A stretch of DNA of 64,000 nt from an uncultured Candidatus Saccharibacteria bacterium (GTDB lineage: Bacteria > Patescibacteriota > Dojkabacteria > GCA-016699595 > JBAXKR01): positions 95,668-159,667 of the forward strand of contig CAYSFE010000001.1 in NCBI GenBank assembly GCA_964430225.1, in the 5' to 3' direction. The notes below the pieces were generated by a model. That model saw nothing but the letters and a program-made list of their open reading frames with translations, was not told the origin of the DNA and did not search any database. Each line of letters starts with the position of its first letter. Within the stretch, counting starts at the first letter, position 1. Below are positions 1-11,741 of the stretch, in pieces. The translations under genes and the position numbers were made by a program.

Positions 1-190
1 ATCCTCTTAGTAAATCATTAAATTGAATCATGGCTTGATAGGTAAGATCTTCTGTTTCATTATCCTTTGCTTTATTTAAAGACCAAGCAGAAAGAGCTAT
101 GAAACTAGTAAGAATAACTGCACTAAATCCTAGAGCTACAACTATTTCTATTAAGCTAAAAGATTTTTTATTAAATAGTATTTTTGTCAT
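1..190 (-). CDS. Minor type IV pilin (PilV/GspI-like), truncated by window edge; not in ORF track
   Basis: Manual translation from ATG at 190: MTKILFNKKS|FSLIEIVVALGFSAVILTSFIAL..., a class III signal peptide with Glu+5; ATGA overlap with the upstream gene stop. Confidence 0.85.
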   Translation of the reverse strand, partial: MTKILFNKKSFSLIEIVVALGFSAVILTSFIALSAWSLNKAKDNETEDLTYQAMIQFNDLLRG

Positions 191-825
191 AATTTCCTAA
201 TTGTTCTATTAACTGGATTAACAGCTATTCTATTTTTAACTCCACTATTAACTGCTTTAACACTTACCACACAAGAAATAGTATTGTATAAAACCGTATC
301 TCTATTCTGAACTATATATATCTCATTATCTTTTAAAGTAAAGTATATTTCACTACACCCAAGTGATTCTTCAACTTGATCTTTTAATATTTCTACACCA
401 GAAAGATCTACATCTATGGCTTTAGCAGTATATGTTTCACAGTCTATATATTCATTACTCATTCCATCAAAAAAGAAATGGGGTAATCCATCGTCAATAC
501 CATTAGCAGGCATAGGAGGAAGGTTACAATAGTTAATTGAGATATTTGCTGAAACATCATCATCTATAAGTCCAATCTTAACCATATATGCATCTGGCAC
601 CTTAATATTCCCATCCACATCTTTGTATGTCACGTTATTCTCAGCATATACACGTGCTAAAGATATCGCATTAAATAGTTCTTGTGTTCCTGAGTTTAAT
701 TGAAAACTATCTTTAAGCGAGTTTATTCCTACCGTAGATAACGTAAGTATTACGACAACAATTGCTAATGCTACTATCAGTTCAACAAGTCCAAATGATT
801 TTTTAGAATATGGCAGTTTTAACAT
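187..825 (-). CDS. Minor type IV pilin (FimT/GspH-like)
   Basis: KKS|FGLVELIVALAIVVVIL prepilin motif followed by a 'L...I..AR..A' helix typical of FimT/GspH; lies in the pil operon. Confidence 0.8.
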   Translation of the reverse strand: MLKLPYSKKSFGLVELIVALAIVVVILTLSTVGINSLKDSFQLNSGTQELFNAISLARVYAENNVTYKDVDGNIKVPDAYMVKIGLIDDDVSANISINYCNLPPMPANGIDDGLPHFFFDGMSNEYIDCETYTAKAIDVDLSGVEILKDQVEESLGCSEIYFTLKDNEIYIVQNRDTVLYNTISCVVSVKAVNSGVKNRIAVNPVNRTIRKL

Positions 826-838
826 ATTTAAATTTAAC

Positions 839-1633
839 TTATCTGAAAAACTTTTGAAAGTAGAGAAACTTCCAAAACTCAGCTCCTAATATATATGAGA
901 GAAATATTCCTATCCCCATAAAAGGAATGAAGGGGAGGGGAATACCTCTAAATCTTCTTTTAATGATAGCTACAATGACTCCAACTAAAGAACCAACAAC
1001 ATATGTGGACATAATCCCAAAGTATAGTTTATCAGGGCTAAGTATAAGACCAGCTATTACCGCAAAACGAATATCTCCAGCCCCCATCTTTCCTCGAGAA
1101 AAGATAATGATAAGAACAACAAGAAGAGAATATATTATTGCAGACAAGATATTTGTTAATCCAAAGTTGATAGTAAATATCCTTGTATATATTGAAATAG
1201 GGTAGAAGTTAGAAACAATATTTAATATTAAAAGTATTACAGCGACTGGAATTGCCAGTTTATCATATATCTCTTGATAGAAGATGTCGTATATAGAGAA
1301 ATATAAGATAAAGAAACAAATAGAAAACAAAAGTACATAACTTAATAGATCATAGGAAATGTAGTAGCAAAACAAAGAGACAATACCCACAAGTAACTCG
1401 ATAATAGGGTACTTGAAACTAATCTTCTCCCCACACTTTCTACATTTTCCCTTTAAAAGTAAAAAGGAAATAATTGGAATATTATCAAACCAGGCTATTT
1501 GAGTATTACACTTAGTACAGTGAGAACGAGTCATTAGACTTTCCCCATCATGCGTTCTACTTACAAGTACATTAAGGAAACTACCAAAGATAAGCCCAAA
1601 GAATAGGGCATATATGTTAAATAGTATATGCAT
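839..1633 (-). CDS. pilD: Prepilin peptidase (A24)
   Basis: GSFLNV, RSHCTKC...DNIPIIS...GKCRKC zinc domain, YD and MGAGD catalytic aspartates, PFIPF C-terminal motif. Confidence 0.95.
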   Translation of the reverse strand: MHILFNIYALFFGLIFGSFLNVLVSRTHDGESLMTRSHCTKCNTQIAWFDNIPIISFLLLKGKCRKCGEKISFKYPIIELLVGIVSLFCYYISYDLLSYVLLFSICFFILYFSIYDIFYQEIYDKLAIPVAVILLILNIVSNFYPISIYTRIFTINFGLTNILSAIIYSLLVVLIIIFSRGKMGAGDIRFAVIAGLILSPDKLYFGIMSTYVVGSLVGVIVAIIKRRFRGIPLPFIPFMGIGIFLSYILGAEFWKFLYFQKFFR

Positions 1634-2169
1634 TATTGTGATAGGAATTCAGTAGCACCATCTTCAGTACAGAACCTAATCTTATATGCTTGTGATCTAC
1701 TAGTATCTTGAATACGATAATCTAATACCCATTGTTCAGGACTAGGTATTACAATTTCTTGATCTGGAAGACCACCAAATGCAATTGCTTCGGCAGATGA
1801 ACAAGGTGTGTAATGAAAATCATAAACAGCAGGAGATACACGTACACCAGGCTGAGAAAGTTTTATTGTTGCCACTTTAGAGGCAACACTGTTGCAATTC
1901 GTTTCATTATTTCCAGTATTTGGTTCAACTAGACATATTTCATTATTCGTACTATCAAAAACTATTTCATTTGTTGTATAAGGATATTGTCTATACTCAG
2001 AATAATAAGATGCTAAAGCTAGTTTAAACTGATTCATATCATTAGTTATTGTAGTAACTCTTTGTTGTCTTTGAGCTGCTTGTATACCTACAATAGATAG
2101 TGTCATTATAATACCTATAACTGCCATAACTACCATTATCTCGACTATTGTAAATGATTTACTGTTCAT
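1633..2169 (-). CDS. Type IV pilin paralogue
   Basis: SKS|[16 protein letters not shown] prepilin motif; YYSEYRQYP and C-terminal Q.Y....CTEDG shared with the other pilins here. Confidence 0.9.
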   Translation of the reverse strand: MNSKSFTIVEIMVVMAVIGIIMTLSIVGIQAAQRQQRVTTITNDMNQFKLALASYYSEYRQYPYTTNEIVFDSTNNEICLVEPNTGNNETNCNSVASKVATIKLSQPGVRVSPAVYDFHYTPCSSAEAIAFGGLPDQEIVIPSPEQWVLDYRIQDTSRSQAYKIRFCTEDGATEFLSQ

Positions 2170-2220
2170 ATCTTATTGAGTAACAATTACTCCTTACACT
2201 ATATATTATATAGGAAGGTA

Positions 2221-2256
2221 AATAAAAGAAAATCCCTCTTGTTAAAGGAGGGATTT
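2221..2256 (-). terminator. Intrinsic terminator after the putative major pilin
   Basis: Minus strand AAATCCCTC-CTTTAACAA-GAGGGATTT followed by TCTTTTATT. Confidence 0.8.
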
Positions 2257-2279
2257 AATTTCACTATAAAGATATATAC

Positions 2280-2822
2280 TTAGTCTATCTTTGATCCGAA
2301 GTTTGTACTCCATCCATTCTCAGTACATGATGCTAATGTATATGATTGTGGAGTAGAGGTTTGAGCTCTATAGAAAATATACCATTGATCTGCAGATGGT
2401 GCTAATGTTGTTGCTCCTTCAGTACCACCAACAGCACAAGTTATATTTGCTCCAGCTGGACCCCAAAATGGTGAAGAAATTATCTTTGCACCTAAAGATG
2501 AAAGAGTCAAAGTAAAGCTAGTATCTGCAGCAAGACTATCTGTTAATGTAATTACAGGACTAGTATAATGAAGATTCTCTGTTGCTGAAGCAGTTCCATC
2601 AATAACAGTTCCAGTTACTGAAGCTGCATCTGACTGTGGATAATATCTATATTTTGAATAATAAGAAGCTAGTGTTGCAGAGAAATTCTTAACATCATTA
2701 ACTCTTGTAGTTTCTCTCTGAGATTTTTGAACTGCCTGAATACCTACTACGGCTAATGTGATAAGAATACCTATCACTGCCATTACGACTAATAGTTCGA
2801 CAATTGTGAATGCTTTTTTCAT
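2280..2822 (-). CDS. pilA: Type IV pilin, probable major pilin
   Basis: KKA|[16 protein letters not shown] motif; has its own promoter-like sequence and terminator inside the pil operon, as expected for the abundant subunit (inference). Confidence 0.8.
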   Translation of the reverse strand: MKKAFTIVELLVVMAVIGILITLAVVGIQAVQKSQRETTRVNDVKNFSATLASYYSKYRYYPQSDAASVTGTVIDGTASATENLHYTSPVITLTDSLAADTSFTLTLSSLGAKIISSPFWGPAGANITCAVGGTEGATTLAPSADQWYIFYRAQTSTPQSYTLASCTENGWSTNFGSKID

Positions 2823-2861
2823 TTAGAAAAAATAATTAAAAAATAAATAAATACTTAGTTC

Positions 2862-2889
2862 AATATACTCTTTATAGGTGTTTTGTAAA
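2862..2889 (-). promoter_or_regulatory. Sigma70-like promoter for the major pilin
   Basis: TTTACA-N16-TATATT on the minus strand about 40 nt upstream of the ATG. Confidence 0.5.
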
Positions 2890-2894
2890 GAGCT

Positions 2895-4124
2895 TTATTT
2901 TACTACTGTAGCAAGCTGATAGATCGGTAGGTAAATTGCTACTGCCATAATTCCAACAAAAATACCAACTATAATTAAGATTATAGGCTCCATAAGTTTA
3001 GTTAAATTTGCAGTAATATTTTCTATTTCCTCTTCATAATATTTCGCCATATCAAGTAATACTTTATCAAGTTTTCCAGTTTGTTCTCCAGTACCAACCA
3101 TACGAGATAAAATATTTGGAAATACATTGTCTTTTATCATAGGGGCAGCAACAGGGAATCCCTTTTCTATCTGTGGAATCATATTCATAACTGCATCCCT
3201 ATATATTACGTTGCTCATAGCACCGGCAACTATCTTAAGCGAATCAATGATTGATACACCGGAAACTAATAACATAGCTAAAATTCTACAAAACTCTTCA
3301 GTGTTTAATTTAGCAGTTAATCCTCCAAATATTGGAACTCTTAAAAGTAGCTTATCTGTAACTTTCCTTCCTGAAGGAGTTCTTCTATATGCCTTTATTG
3401 CAAACACAATAGCAACAACAACTACAACTATTAATATTCCTCCTACAGATTTTGCAGGATTTAAGAAGTTAGCTGTATTTATCATAGCTACTGTAATCCA
3501 AGGGATTTTATCTTCTGCTTTGAACCCTTTGAATAGTGTTTCCACAGCAGGTACCATTGTCATCATAAGAAGAATCATAATTAGGAATACTGCAGTAAAG
3601 ATAATGATTGGGTAAATCATTGCTCCTCTAACTTTAGATACGAAATTTTTTCTTTGATCAAGATCTTTTGAAATCTTAGCAATCATATCTATAAGATTTC
3701 CTGATTTCTCTCCAGCTTCAATTAGGTTGATTTGAATATCATCAAATAGTCCCTTTGTTTTTTTAAATGCATTAGTTAAAGAAACACCACTTTTAACATC
3801 TTTAAGAACAGTTTCAACAACTGTTTTCATTCCTGGATTTTTAATCTGTGTAGCTAGAGTTTCAAGTGCCTCAGTAATTGGAAGACCTGCAGTTACCATA
3901 GTAGAGAACTGCTTCATAAAGATCACTCTATCATTCAGTCCAATTCCTCCTATATTGAAATTTAGAAGTCTTTTAAATGTAATTCTTGCACCTTCTGCAA
4001 CATGTATTACAGTAAGTCCTTGATCCTGTAAGAGTGCAATTACTTCCTGTTTAGATATTGCTTCAATATCTCCTTTTATTTGTTTTCCGTTTCTTGCAAC
4101 GGCTTCATATGACCATACTTTCAT
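2895..4124 (-). CDS. pilC: T4P/T2SS inner-membrane platform protein
   Basis: Two T2SSF repeats (AGEKSGNL, TGEQTGKL), AMIYP, KLMEPIII...YLPIY. Confidence 0.95.
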   Translation of the reverse strand: MKVWSYEAVARNGKQIKGDIEAISKQEVIALLQDQGLTVIHVAEGARITFKRLLNFNIGGIGLNDRVIFMKQFSTMVTAGLPITEALETLATQIKNPGMKTVVETVLKDVKSGVSLTNAFKKTKGLFDDIQINLIEAGEKSGNLIDMIAKISKDLDQRKNFVSKVRGAMIYPIIIFTAVFLIMILLMMTMVPAVETLFKGFKAEDKIPWITVAMINTANFLNPAKSVGGILIVVVVVAIVFAIKAYRRTPSGRKVTDKLLLRVPIFGGLTAKLNTEEFCRILAMLLVSGVSIIDSLKIVAGAMSNVIYRDAVMNMIPQIEKGFPVAAPMIKDNVFPNILSRMVGTGEQTGKLDKVLLDMAKYYEEEIENITANLTKLMEPIILIIVGIFVGIMAVAIYLPIYQLATVVK

Positions 4125-4125
4125 T

Positions 4126-5445
4126 TTAGTCTTTTCTCATTAATCTAATTATTTCTTCTGGTTTAGTTGAATGTGCCTCAGCTTCTTCTTGTGTAATTTT
4201 ACCTTCTCGAATTAAAGCAACTAACGAGCTTTCTAAACTAAACATTCCTACATCTGCACCAGTCTGAATAGTATTATCAATCATATGTTCTTTACCTTCT
4301 CGAATTAGATTAGAAACTGCAGGCGTACCTATTAAGACTTCCATAGCTGCTCTTCTACCACCACCAATTGTTGGGATAAGTCTTTGTGATACAACTGCTG
4401 TTATTGTATTAGCAAGCATTATTCTTATCTGTGCTTGTTGTTCTGCAGGGAATACATGAATTATTCTATCTATAGACTGAGAAGCAGAATTTGTATGAAG
4501 AGTAGCAAACACAAGATGTCCTGTTTCAGCAACAGTAAGAGCTGCTGCTATAGTTTCGTAGTCTCTCATTTCTCCAACCAAAACAACATTTGGATCTTGT
4601 CTAAGTACAGATCTTAAAGCAATATCCCAAGAGTGAGTATCTTGTCCAACTTCTCTTTGATCTATTATACTTTTATATGGTAAATGAACATATTCTATTG
4701 GATCTTCAATTGTGACTATATGTTTTGCATCTCTTTGATTTATGAGACTTAACATAGAAGCAAGAGTTGTACTTTTGCCTGATCCAGTAGGACCTACTAG
4801 TAATACTAATCCTTGAGGAATAGTTGTTAGATCTTCTAAGATCTTAGGCATATGTAGTTCTTCAAGTGTTGGAATCTTTGTTGGAATTAATCTTAAAGCA
4901 GCTGCTAAAGTTCCTCTTTGATTAAATACATTTACTCTAAATCTTGCATCTTTTCCATATGCATATGAGAAGTCCACTTCTTTGTTTATCTCTAACTGCT
5001 CTCTATTTCTTTGTCCTAATATTGGACTTAGAAGCTTTTCCATTTGTTCTGAACTTACTGGTATAGCTCCTCTTTGGATAAGCTTTCCATCCACTCTATA
5101 GAAAGGGGGATAGCCTACAGTAAGATGTAAGTCAGAAGCATTCATTGAGATCACTTGATCTAATAGCTCAAAGGGGTCAAATTCTCCCTTTTCATTTGTT
5201 ATAGGTTTTTGAGCCTCTTCTTCTTTTACTTCAGGTTCAACCTTTTTTAAATCTGGTAAGTCTGGTAATGAAGCTTTTTTTTCTTTTTGAAGTGCTTCTT
5301 TTAAATTAGTAGCTGGGGTTTCATGCTTTGCACTGTCTTTTAATCCTTCTGGATTTATACCTGGTGTATCTATCACGGTTGAACTTTCTTTTTTTTCCTC
5401 TTTCTTATCTTTTGAATAGAAAGAGCTTAGGTTGGGCAGTTGCAA
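4126..5445 (-). CDS. pilT: Pilus retraction ATPase with ~90-aa charged N-terminal extension
   Basis: ASDLHL, GPTGSGKSTT, TIEDPIE, LRQDPNVVLVGEMRD, ETGHLVFATLHTN, AVSNLIRE (AIRNLIRE variant); TTG start. Confidence 0.95.
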   Translation of the reverse strand: MQLPNLSSFYSKDKKEEKKESSTVIDTPGINPEGLKDSAKHETPATNLKEALQKEKKASLPDLPDLKKVEPEVKEEEAQKPITNEKGEFDPFELLDQVISMNASDLHLTVGYPPFYRVDGKLIQRGAIPVSSEQMEKLLSPILGQRNREQLEINKEVDFSYAYGKDARFRVNVFNQRGTLAAALRLIPTKIPTLEELHMPKILEDLTTIPQGLVLLVGPTGSGKSTTLASMLSLINQRDAKHIVTIEDPIEYVHLPYKSIIDQREVGQDTHSWDIALRSVLRQDPNVVLVGEMRDYETIAAALTVAETGHLVFATLHTNSASQSIDRIIHVFPAEQQAQIRIMLANTITAVVSQRLIPTIGGGRRAAMEVLIGTPAVSNLIREGKEHMIDNTIQTGADVGMFSLESSLVALIREGKITQEEAEAHSTKPEEIIRLMRKD

Positions 5446-5504
5446 TTTTTTTAGTCCTTAATAACTATCAATACTAACTTAACAAATATATACACTTAGG
5501 TAAA

Positions 5505-7727
5505 TTAATTTTGTACTCTTAATACTTCTTCAATTGTTGTATCTCCATCTAATGCTTTCATAAACCCATCTTGTATCATTAATATCATCCCATCAGCTTG
5601 AGCTTGTTCTTGAATACTTTGTGATGATCTATGTTCAATAATCATCTTAGATATCTTTTCGTTCATTTTAAGTACTTCAAATATTCCTATTCTTCCAGTA
5701 TATCCAGTTCCTGCACATCTATCACATCCCTTAGATTTCCATATATATACATCACCCTCTGGTGCTTGATTAATACCTGCCTTATCAGCACTATCTATAT
5801 TAGTATTGCTTGGAGACTCTCCAGGTTTTAATTGTTTAAAATCTCGTTTAGGATATGAGTACATATCAAAACCTTGAAGTCCATCCATAACCTGATGGAT
5901 CTTTTTTAACATTACATCATCAGCTTTTATCTTTTCTCTACAATCTTTACATAGTTTACGTGGAAGTCTTTGAGCAACAATTACATTAATGACTGAAGCT
6001 AAAAGATATGGTTCCACTCCCATATCAAGTAGTCTAGGGATAGCAGCTGCACTTGAGTTTGTATGAAGAGTAGCAAGAACAAGTCTACCAACAAGAGCTG
6101 CTTGAACAGCAAGCTGTGCAGTTTCTTGATCACGGATTTCTCCTACCATTATGATATCAGGATCTTGTCTTAAGAAAGCTCTTAAACCTGTAGCAAATGT
6201 AAGTCCAACTTCTGCATTTACTTGTACTTGGTTTGCACCATCTATTCTAATTTCAACAGGATCTTCAAGTGTCACAATATTCACCCCTGGATTATTTAGA
6301 GTAGATAGGGAACTAGCTAATGTAACAGTCTTACCAGAACCTGTAGGTCCTGTTATTAAGATAATACCTTGAGTAGCTTTTAGTATGTCTGTGTATGTTT
6401 TATATGCAGGCCCTCTAAGACCTGTTTGCTCTAGTGGTACAACACCAGTAGTTTTATCAAGTATTCTAATAACTACCTTTTCACCATGCACAACAGGCAT
6501 GGTAGATACTCTTAAATCAACTTTCGATTTACCAACACTAATTTCAAATCTACCGTCTTGAGGTATTCTATGTTCATCAATTTTAAGTTCAGAAAGTATT
6601 TTAATTCTAGACACTACAGAAGCAGTTAACGTAAGAGGAAGTGTAAGTTTCTCGTTTAATATTCCATGTATTCTATATCTTACAGATAGTCTTCCTTCCT
6701 TTGGCTCTATATGTACATCAGAAGCTTTAAATTTCACTCCATATTCTAAGATCATATTTACAATTCTAGATACAGGAGCATTTTGTACTTTGAAGTTAAG
6801 ATCATCAAAACTTTCTACTTCTTCTTTAATAGTAAGACCTGAAGAGCTAACAGATTCAACAGCTTGACTAACTTCAGTATCAAACTGAGTAGAGTACTTT
6901 GTATCAATAATCTTTTTTATCTGTTCTTCATCAGCAAAATATGGGATGACATTATCATTTACATATGCTTCTACAAATCTAACTTTTTGAATATCAAGTG
7001 GATCTACTAAAGCTATCTTCACTCCTTCTGCACTTTGTTCAAACGCAACAACAAGGTTATTCTTAGCACTCTCATATGGAATCTTATATAAGATGTCTTT
7101 TTTAATCTCCATATTGCTAAGATCAATGAAAGGAATCTTATATGTTTCTGATTTAGCTTTAAGAAGATCCATATGTGAGACTATTCCTTTATCAAAAACA
7201 AAGGTTTCTTCATTAAGATTCTTACTTAATATTTCAAACTTAAAACTCTCGAATTGTTCTTTAGTAATCTTTCCTTGAGAATATAGGATGTCTAGTAGGG
7301 ATTGTTTCTTAGCAGCACCTGAAGAGATAATCTCTTCAATATTGCCTAAGCTTTTTTCTTTAATATTTGATTTTTCTACTGGCTTATTCTTTTCCACTTC
7401 AACTTTTGTTGGAAATGGATTAGTTTTATTTACCTCTTCTTTTGTTTTCTCCACAACCTTAATTTCTTCAATCTTTGGAAACTTATCCTCAATTGGTTCT
7501 GGTGTTATTGAATCTTCTACTGGTGTTGGTATTGGGCTAACTTGTGGAGTAGGGGAATTTCCCATACTAAATGGATTCATTCCAGGATTAGATAGTGGAT
7601 TAGTATTCAGAGGTTTAGCTGTATCAATTGGATTTGGGTTAATATGCTTTAATTCAGGTAGAGGTGGCAATGTGTTACCATCATTTTTATTAGTACTATT
7701 TTGTTGTTTAGTTGTATCTTGGGGCAT
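5505..7727 (-). CDS. pilB: Pilus assembly ATPase PilB/GspE with long Pro/Asn-rich N-terminal extension
   Basis: ASDVHIEP, RIPQDGR, GPTGSGKT, LRQDPDIIMVGEIRD, CKDC/CDRC zinc motif; start placed at MPQD (7727), the track allows 7754. Confidence 0.95.
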   Translation of the reverse strand: MPQDTTKQQNSTNKNDGNTLPPLPELKHINPNPIDTAKPLNTNPLSNPGMNPFSMGNSPTPQVSPIPTPVEDSITPEPIEDKFPKIEEIKVVEKTKEEVNKTNPFPTKVEVEKNKPVEKSNIKEKSLGNIEEIISSGAAKKQSLLDILYSQGKITKEQFESFKFEILSKNLNEETFVFDKGIVSHMDLLKAKSETYKIPFIDLSNMEIKKDILYKIPYESAKNNLVVAFEQSAEGVKIALVDPLDIQKVRFVEAYVNDNVIPYFADEEQIKKIIDTKYSTQFDTEVSQAVESVSSSGLTIKEEVESFDDLNFKVQNAPVSRIVNMILEYGVKFKASDVHIEPKEGRLSVRYRIHGILNEKLTLPLTLTASVVSRIKILSELKIDEHRIPQDGRFEISVGKSKVDLRVSTMPVVHGEKVVIRILDKTTGVVPLEQTGLRGPAYKTYTDILKATQGIILITGPTGSGKTVTLASSLSTLNNPGVNIVTLEDPVEIRIDGANQVQVNAEVGLTFATGLRAFLRQDPDIIMVGEIRDQETAQLAVQAALVGRLVLATLHTNSSAAAIPRLLDMGVEPYLLASVINVIVAQRLPRKLCKDCREKIKADDVMLKKIHQVMDGLQGFDMYSYPKRDFKQLKPGESPSNTNIDSADKAGINQAPEGDVYIWKSKGCDRCAGTGYTGRIGIFEVLKMNEKISKMIIEHRSSQSIQEQAQADGMILMIQDGFMKALDGDTTIEEVLRVQN

Positions 7728-7771
7728 AGAAATACATATCTTTTTATCATACAAATATATAATATATTGGC

Positions 7772-8461
7772 ATGGTTAGCAAACACACTCAAAAAATATT
7801 TAGTTCCTCCGGAAGCTATATTCTTAAAACTAACAGACCACTTAGTGAGAATGAAATATCTAAAATGTTTTTTGAGATTGATGATGTAAACAATCCCGAC
7901 CTTATTAGTATACGAGTTTCTGATTTAGACAAAGTAAGTATTGGAATAACTGACATAAAAGATAAACTAAAAGAGTTCCAGTACAAGAAGATAAAACATC
8001 CTGTAAAGATTCTATTAATATATGATGCAGATAGGCTTACAAAGGAAGCTCAGAGTGCACTACTTAAAACACTAGAAGAACCGAGTCCCAATAATCATAT
8101 TTTTCTTATCTGCTATGACACCAATAAACTACTAAGTACTATAAAGTCTAGATGTGAACTAATAGATTTTAGAGATAGTACTATTAAAACTGAAAGCACC
8201 ACTTTTTTAAACTCATCACTTTTTGAAAAGTTTAATTATGCTAAAGAAATTTTAGGTATAAAAGATAATAAAGAGAAGAAAAGTAGAGTAGAGATATTTT
8301 TTAGAAATGTAGCTAATGAAAGTAAAAGTTTAGGGGAAGATAAGAGATATAAAATTAATGAACTCATAGTAGACTACTCTATATATTTTGCTTCTGAAGT
8401 AAACTTGCGATTAGTGCTTGAAAACTTTATCATTAAGATCAATCAAATATTAAAAAGTTAG
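7772..8461 (+). CDS. holB: DNA polymerase III delta' subunit (reduced CPR-type)
   Basis: IYDADRLTKEAQSALLKTLEEP...LLSTIKSRC clamp-loader motifs. Confidence 0.85.
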   Translation: MVSKHTQKIFSSSGSYILKTNRPLSENEISKMFFEIDDVNNPDLISIRVSDLDKVSIGITDIKDKLKEFQYKKIKHPVKILLIYDADRLTKEAQSALLKTLEEPSPNNHIFLICYDTNKLLSTIKSRCELIDFRDSTIKTESTTFLNSSLFEKFNYAKEILGIKDNKEKKSRVEIFFRNVANESKSLGEDKRYKINELIVDYSIYFASEVNLRLVLENFIIKINQILKS

Positions 8462-8462
8462 T

Positions 8463-8954
8463 ATGAATAGCAGAAACTTCATTTGGTATTCTTTTTTTAC
8501 AACTGGAATTGGAATAGTTTTCTTCTTCCTATTTGCTCAAAGTACAAACCTAAGTGTAAACTCCAGTGATATACAAATCATAGGAACTAAGGCAGGATAT
8601 TTCTTAGCTTCTATGCTTCTCACACTACTAATATATAGAGCGGTACTAAGTACACTTAAGATTAAAGTATCTAAACTTGCTCACTGGCATTCCTTAAAAG
8701 AAAAAGCAGAAGATTTTGAATTTATTAGGTTAATTGAACTCCTTGTTGGAGTACTTTCAGTATCAATAACCGTGAGTATATGTGCAATTAACCTAGCTAT
8801 GAGTACAACTAATGTTTTATCCCAATATTTAAGTTTAAAGGATTTAGCTCTAAATGGACTGGCTAGTTTACTCGCAGCAGGGCTCGCATATTACTATCCT
8901 AGAGTACTAGAAAAGGAGTACTTTGTACTCACAAAAGAGAGGAAAAATTCCTAA
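8463..8954 (+). CDS. Hypothetical membrane protein (~4 TM)
   Basis: Four hydrophobic segments; starts immediately after the holB stop. Confidence 0.7.
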   Translation: MNSRNFIWYSFFTTGIGIVFFFLFAQSTNLSVNSSDIQIIGTKAGYFLASMLLTLLIYRAVLSTLKIKVSKLAHWHSLKEKAEDFEFIRLIELLVGVLSVSITVSICAINLAMSTTNVLSQYLSLKDLALNGLASLLAAGLAYYYPRVLEKEYFVLTKERKNS

Positions 8955-8959
8955 GTTTT

Positions 8960-8968
8960 TGATATAAT
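8960..8968 (+). promoter_or_regulatory. Extended -10 promoter upstream of gyrB
   Basis: TGATATAAT (TGnTATAAT) about 65 nt upstream of gyrB. Confidence 0.45.
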
Positions 8969-8990
8969 AAGACTAGTAAAAGTTAGATAA

Positions 8991-10991
<2,001 letters not shown>

Positions 10992-10992
10992 A

Positions 10993-11490
10993 ATGTATAA
11001 ACCAACTAGTATTAAAGAACAAAAACTAGAAAGTATATTTAAAAAGTATGGAGTACTTCTACCAGAGTCTACTCCTGAACCATGGATTAATGAGGGAGCA
11101 TATGGGAAATTTGAGAATATAGAAGTAAACAATATATTTAAGGGAAGAAAACCTTGGGAATTTGAAAGAGATTCTCTAAATCTTCAAAAGATTGATGTAT
11201 TACAAAGACTAGTAGAGAAATATACTAAGAAGAAGTTTCCTAAAGGATTATCATATGATCTCTTTAGATCTTTTCTTCTATTTGATTTTAATATAACTAA
11301 AGTAAGTAAAGATGATATGAATAAGATTGCAGATACATTCACTACAGTAATGGAAATGACTGCAAAGATGTGGGTTGGTTTTATTCCTCAAGTAAAAACT
11401 GAGGTATATAACAGAGACATTAAAAAAGCTGAAACTTTCCTAGAAGAAACATGGAAAGAAATTCAGAAATTAAAATCTAAACAATATTAA
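10993..11490 (+). CDS. Hypothetical protein between gyrB and gyrA
   Basis: 165-aa ORF starting 1 nt after the gyrB stop; no family recognised. Confidence 0.7.
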   Translation: MYKPTSIKEQKLESIFKKYGVLLPESTPEPWINEGAYGKFENIEVNNIFKGRKPWEFERDSLNLQKIDVLQRLVEKYTKKKFPKGLSYDLFRSFLLFDFNITKVSKDDMNKIADTFTTVMEMTAKMWVGFIPQVKTEVYNRDIKKAETFLEETWKEIQKLKSKQY

Positions 11491-11491
11491 T

Positions 11492-11722
11492 ATGGAAATA
11501 TTTTCAACCTCAGGATTGCATCTCGAACCAAATAAAGGACATAGTGCTGGTACGCCTGCAATACCAATGAAAGATGTAAAGCCTATAGCAAGACCAGATT
11601 TAACACCTTCTGGTAATAAAAATTTAACTTTAGAACAAATTAGACAAGCGCAAGATAAAGCAAGAAATGGTCAAGGAAAGGTAAGAAATTTACCACATGA
11701 TAAAACACCTCAAACAGAATAA
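11492..11722 (+). CDS. Small hypothetical, probably disordered protein
   Basis: 76-aa Pro/Lys/Gln-rich ORF tightly packed between its neighbours. Confidence 0.55.
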   Translation: MEIFSTSGLHLEPNKGHSAGTPAIPMKDVKPIARPDLTPSGNKNLTLEQIRQAQDKARNGQGKVRNLPHDKTPQTE

Positions 11723-11741
11723 TATAAATAATTAAACATAT

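Noticed and set aside
2191-2218. dif-like 28-mer on the minus strand (CCTTCCTATATAATATATAGTGTAAGGA) resembling Firmicute dif
   Set aside because: The inner TAA-N6-TTA symmetry of dif is broken; the sequence is AT-rich and explained as a -10 region for the downstream pilin
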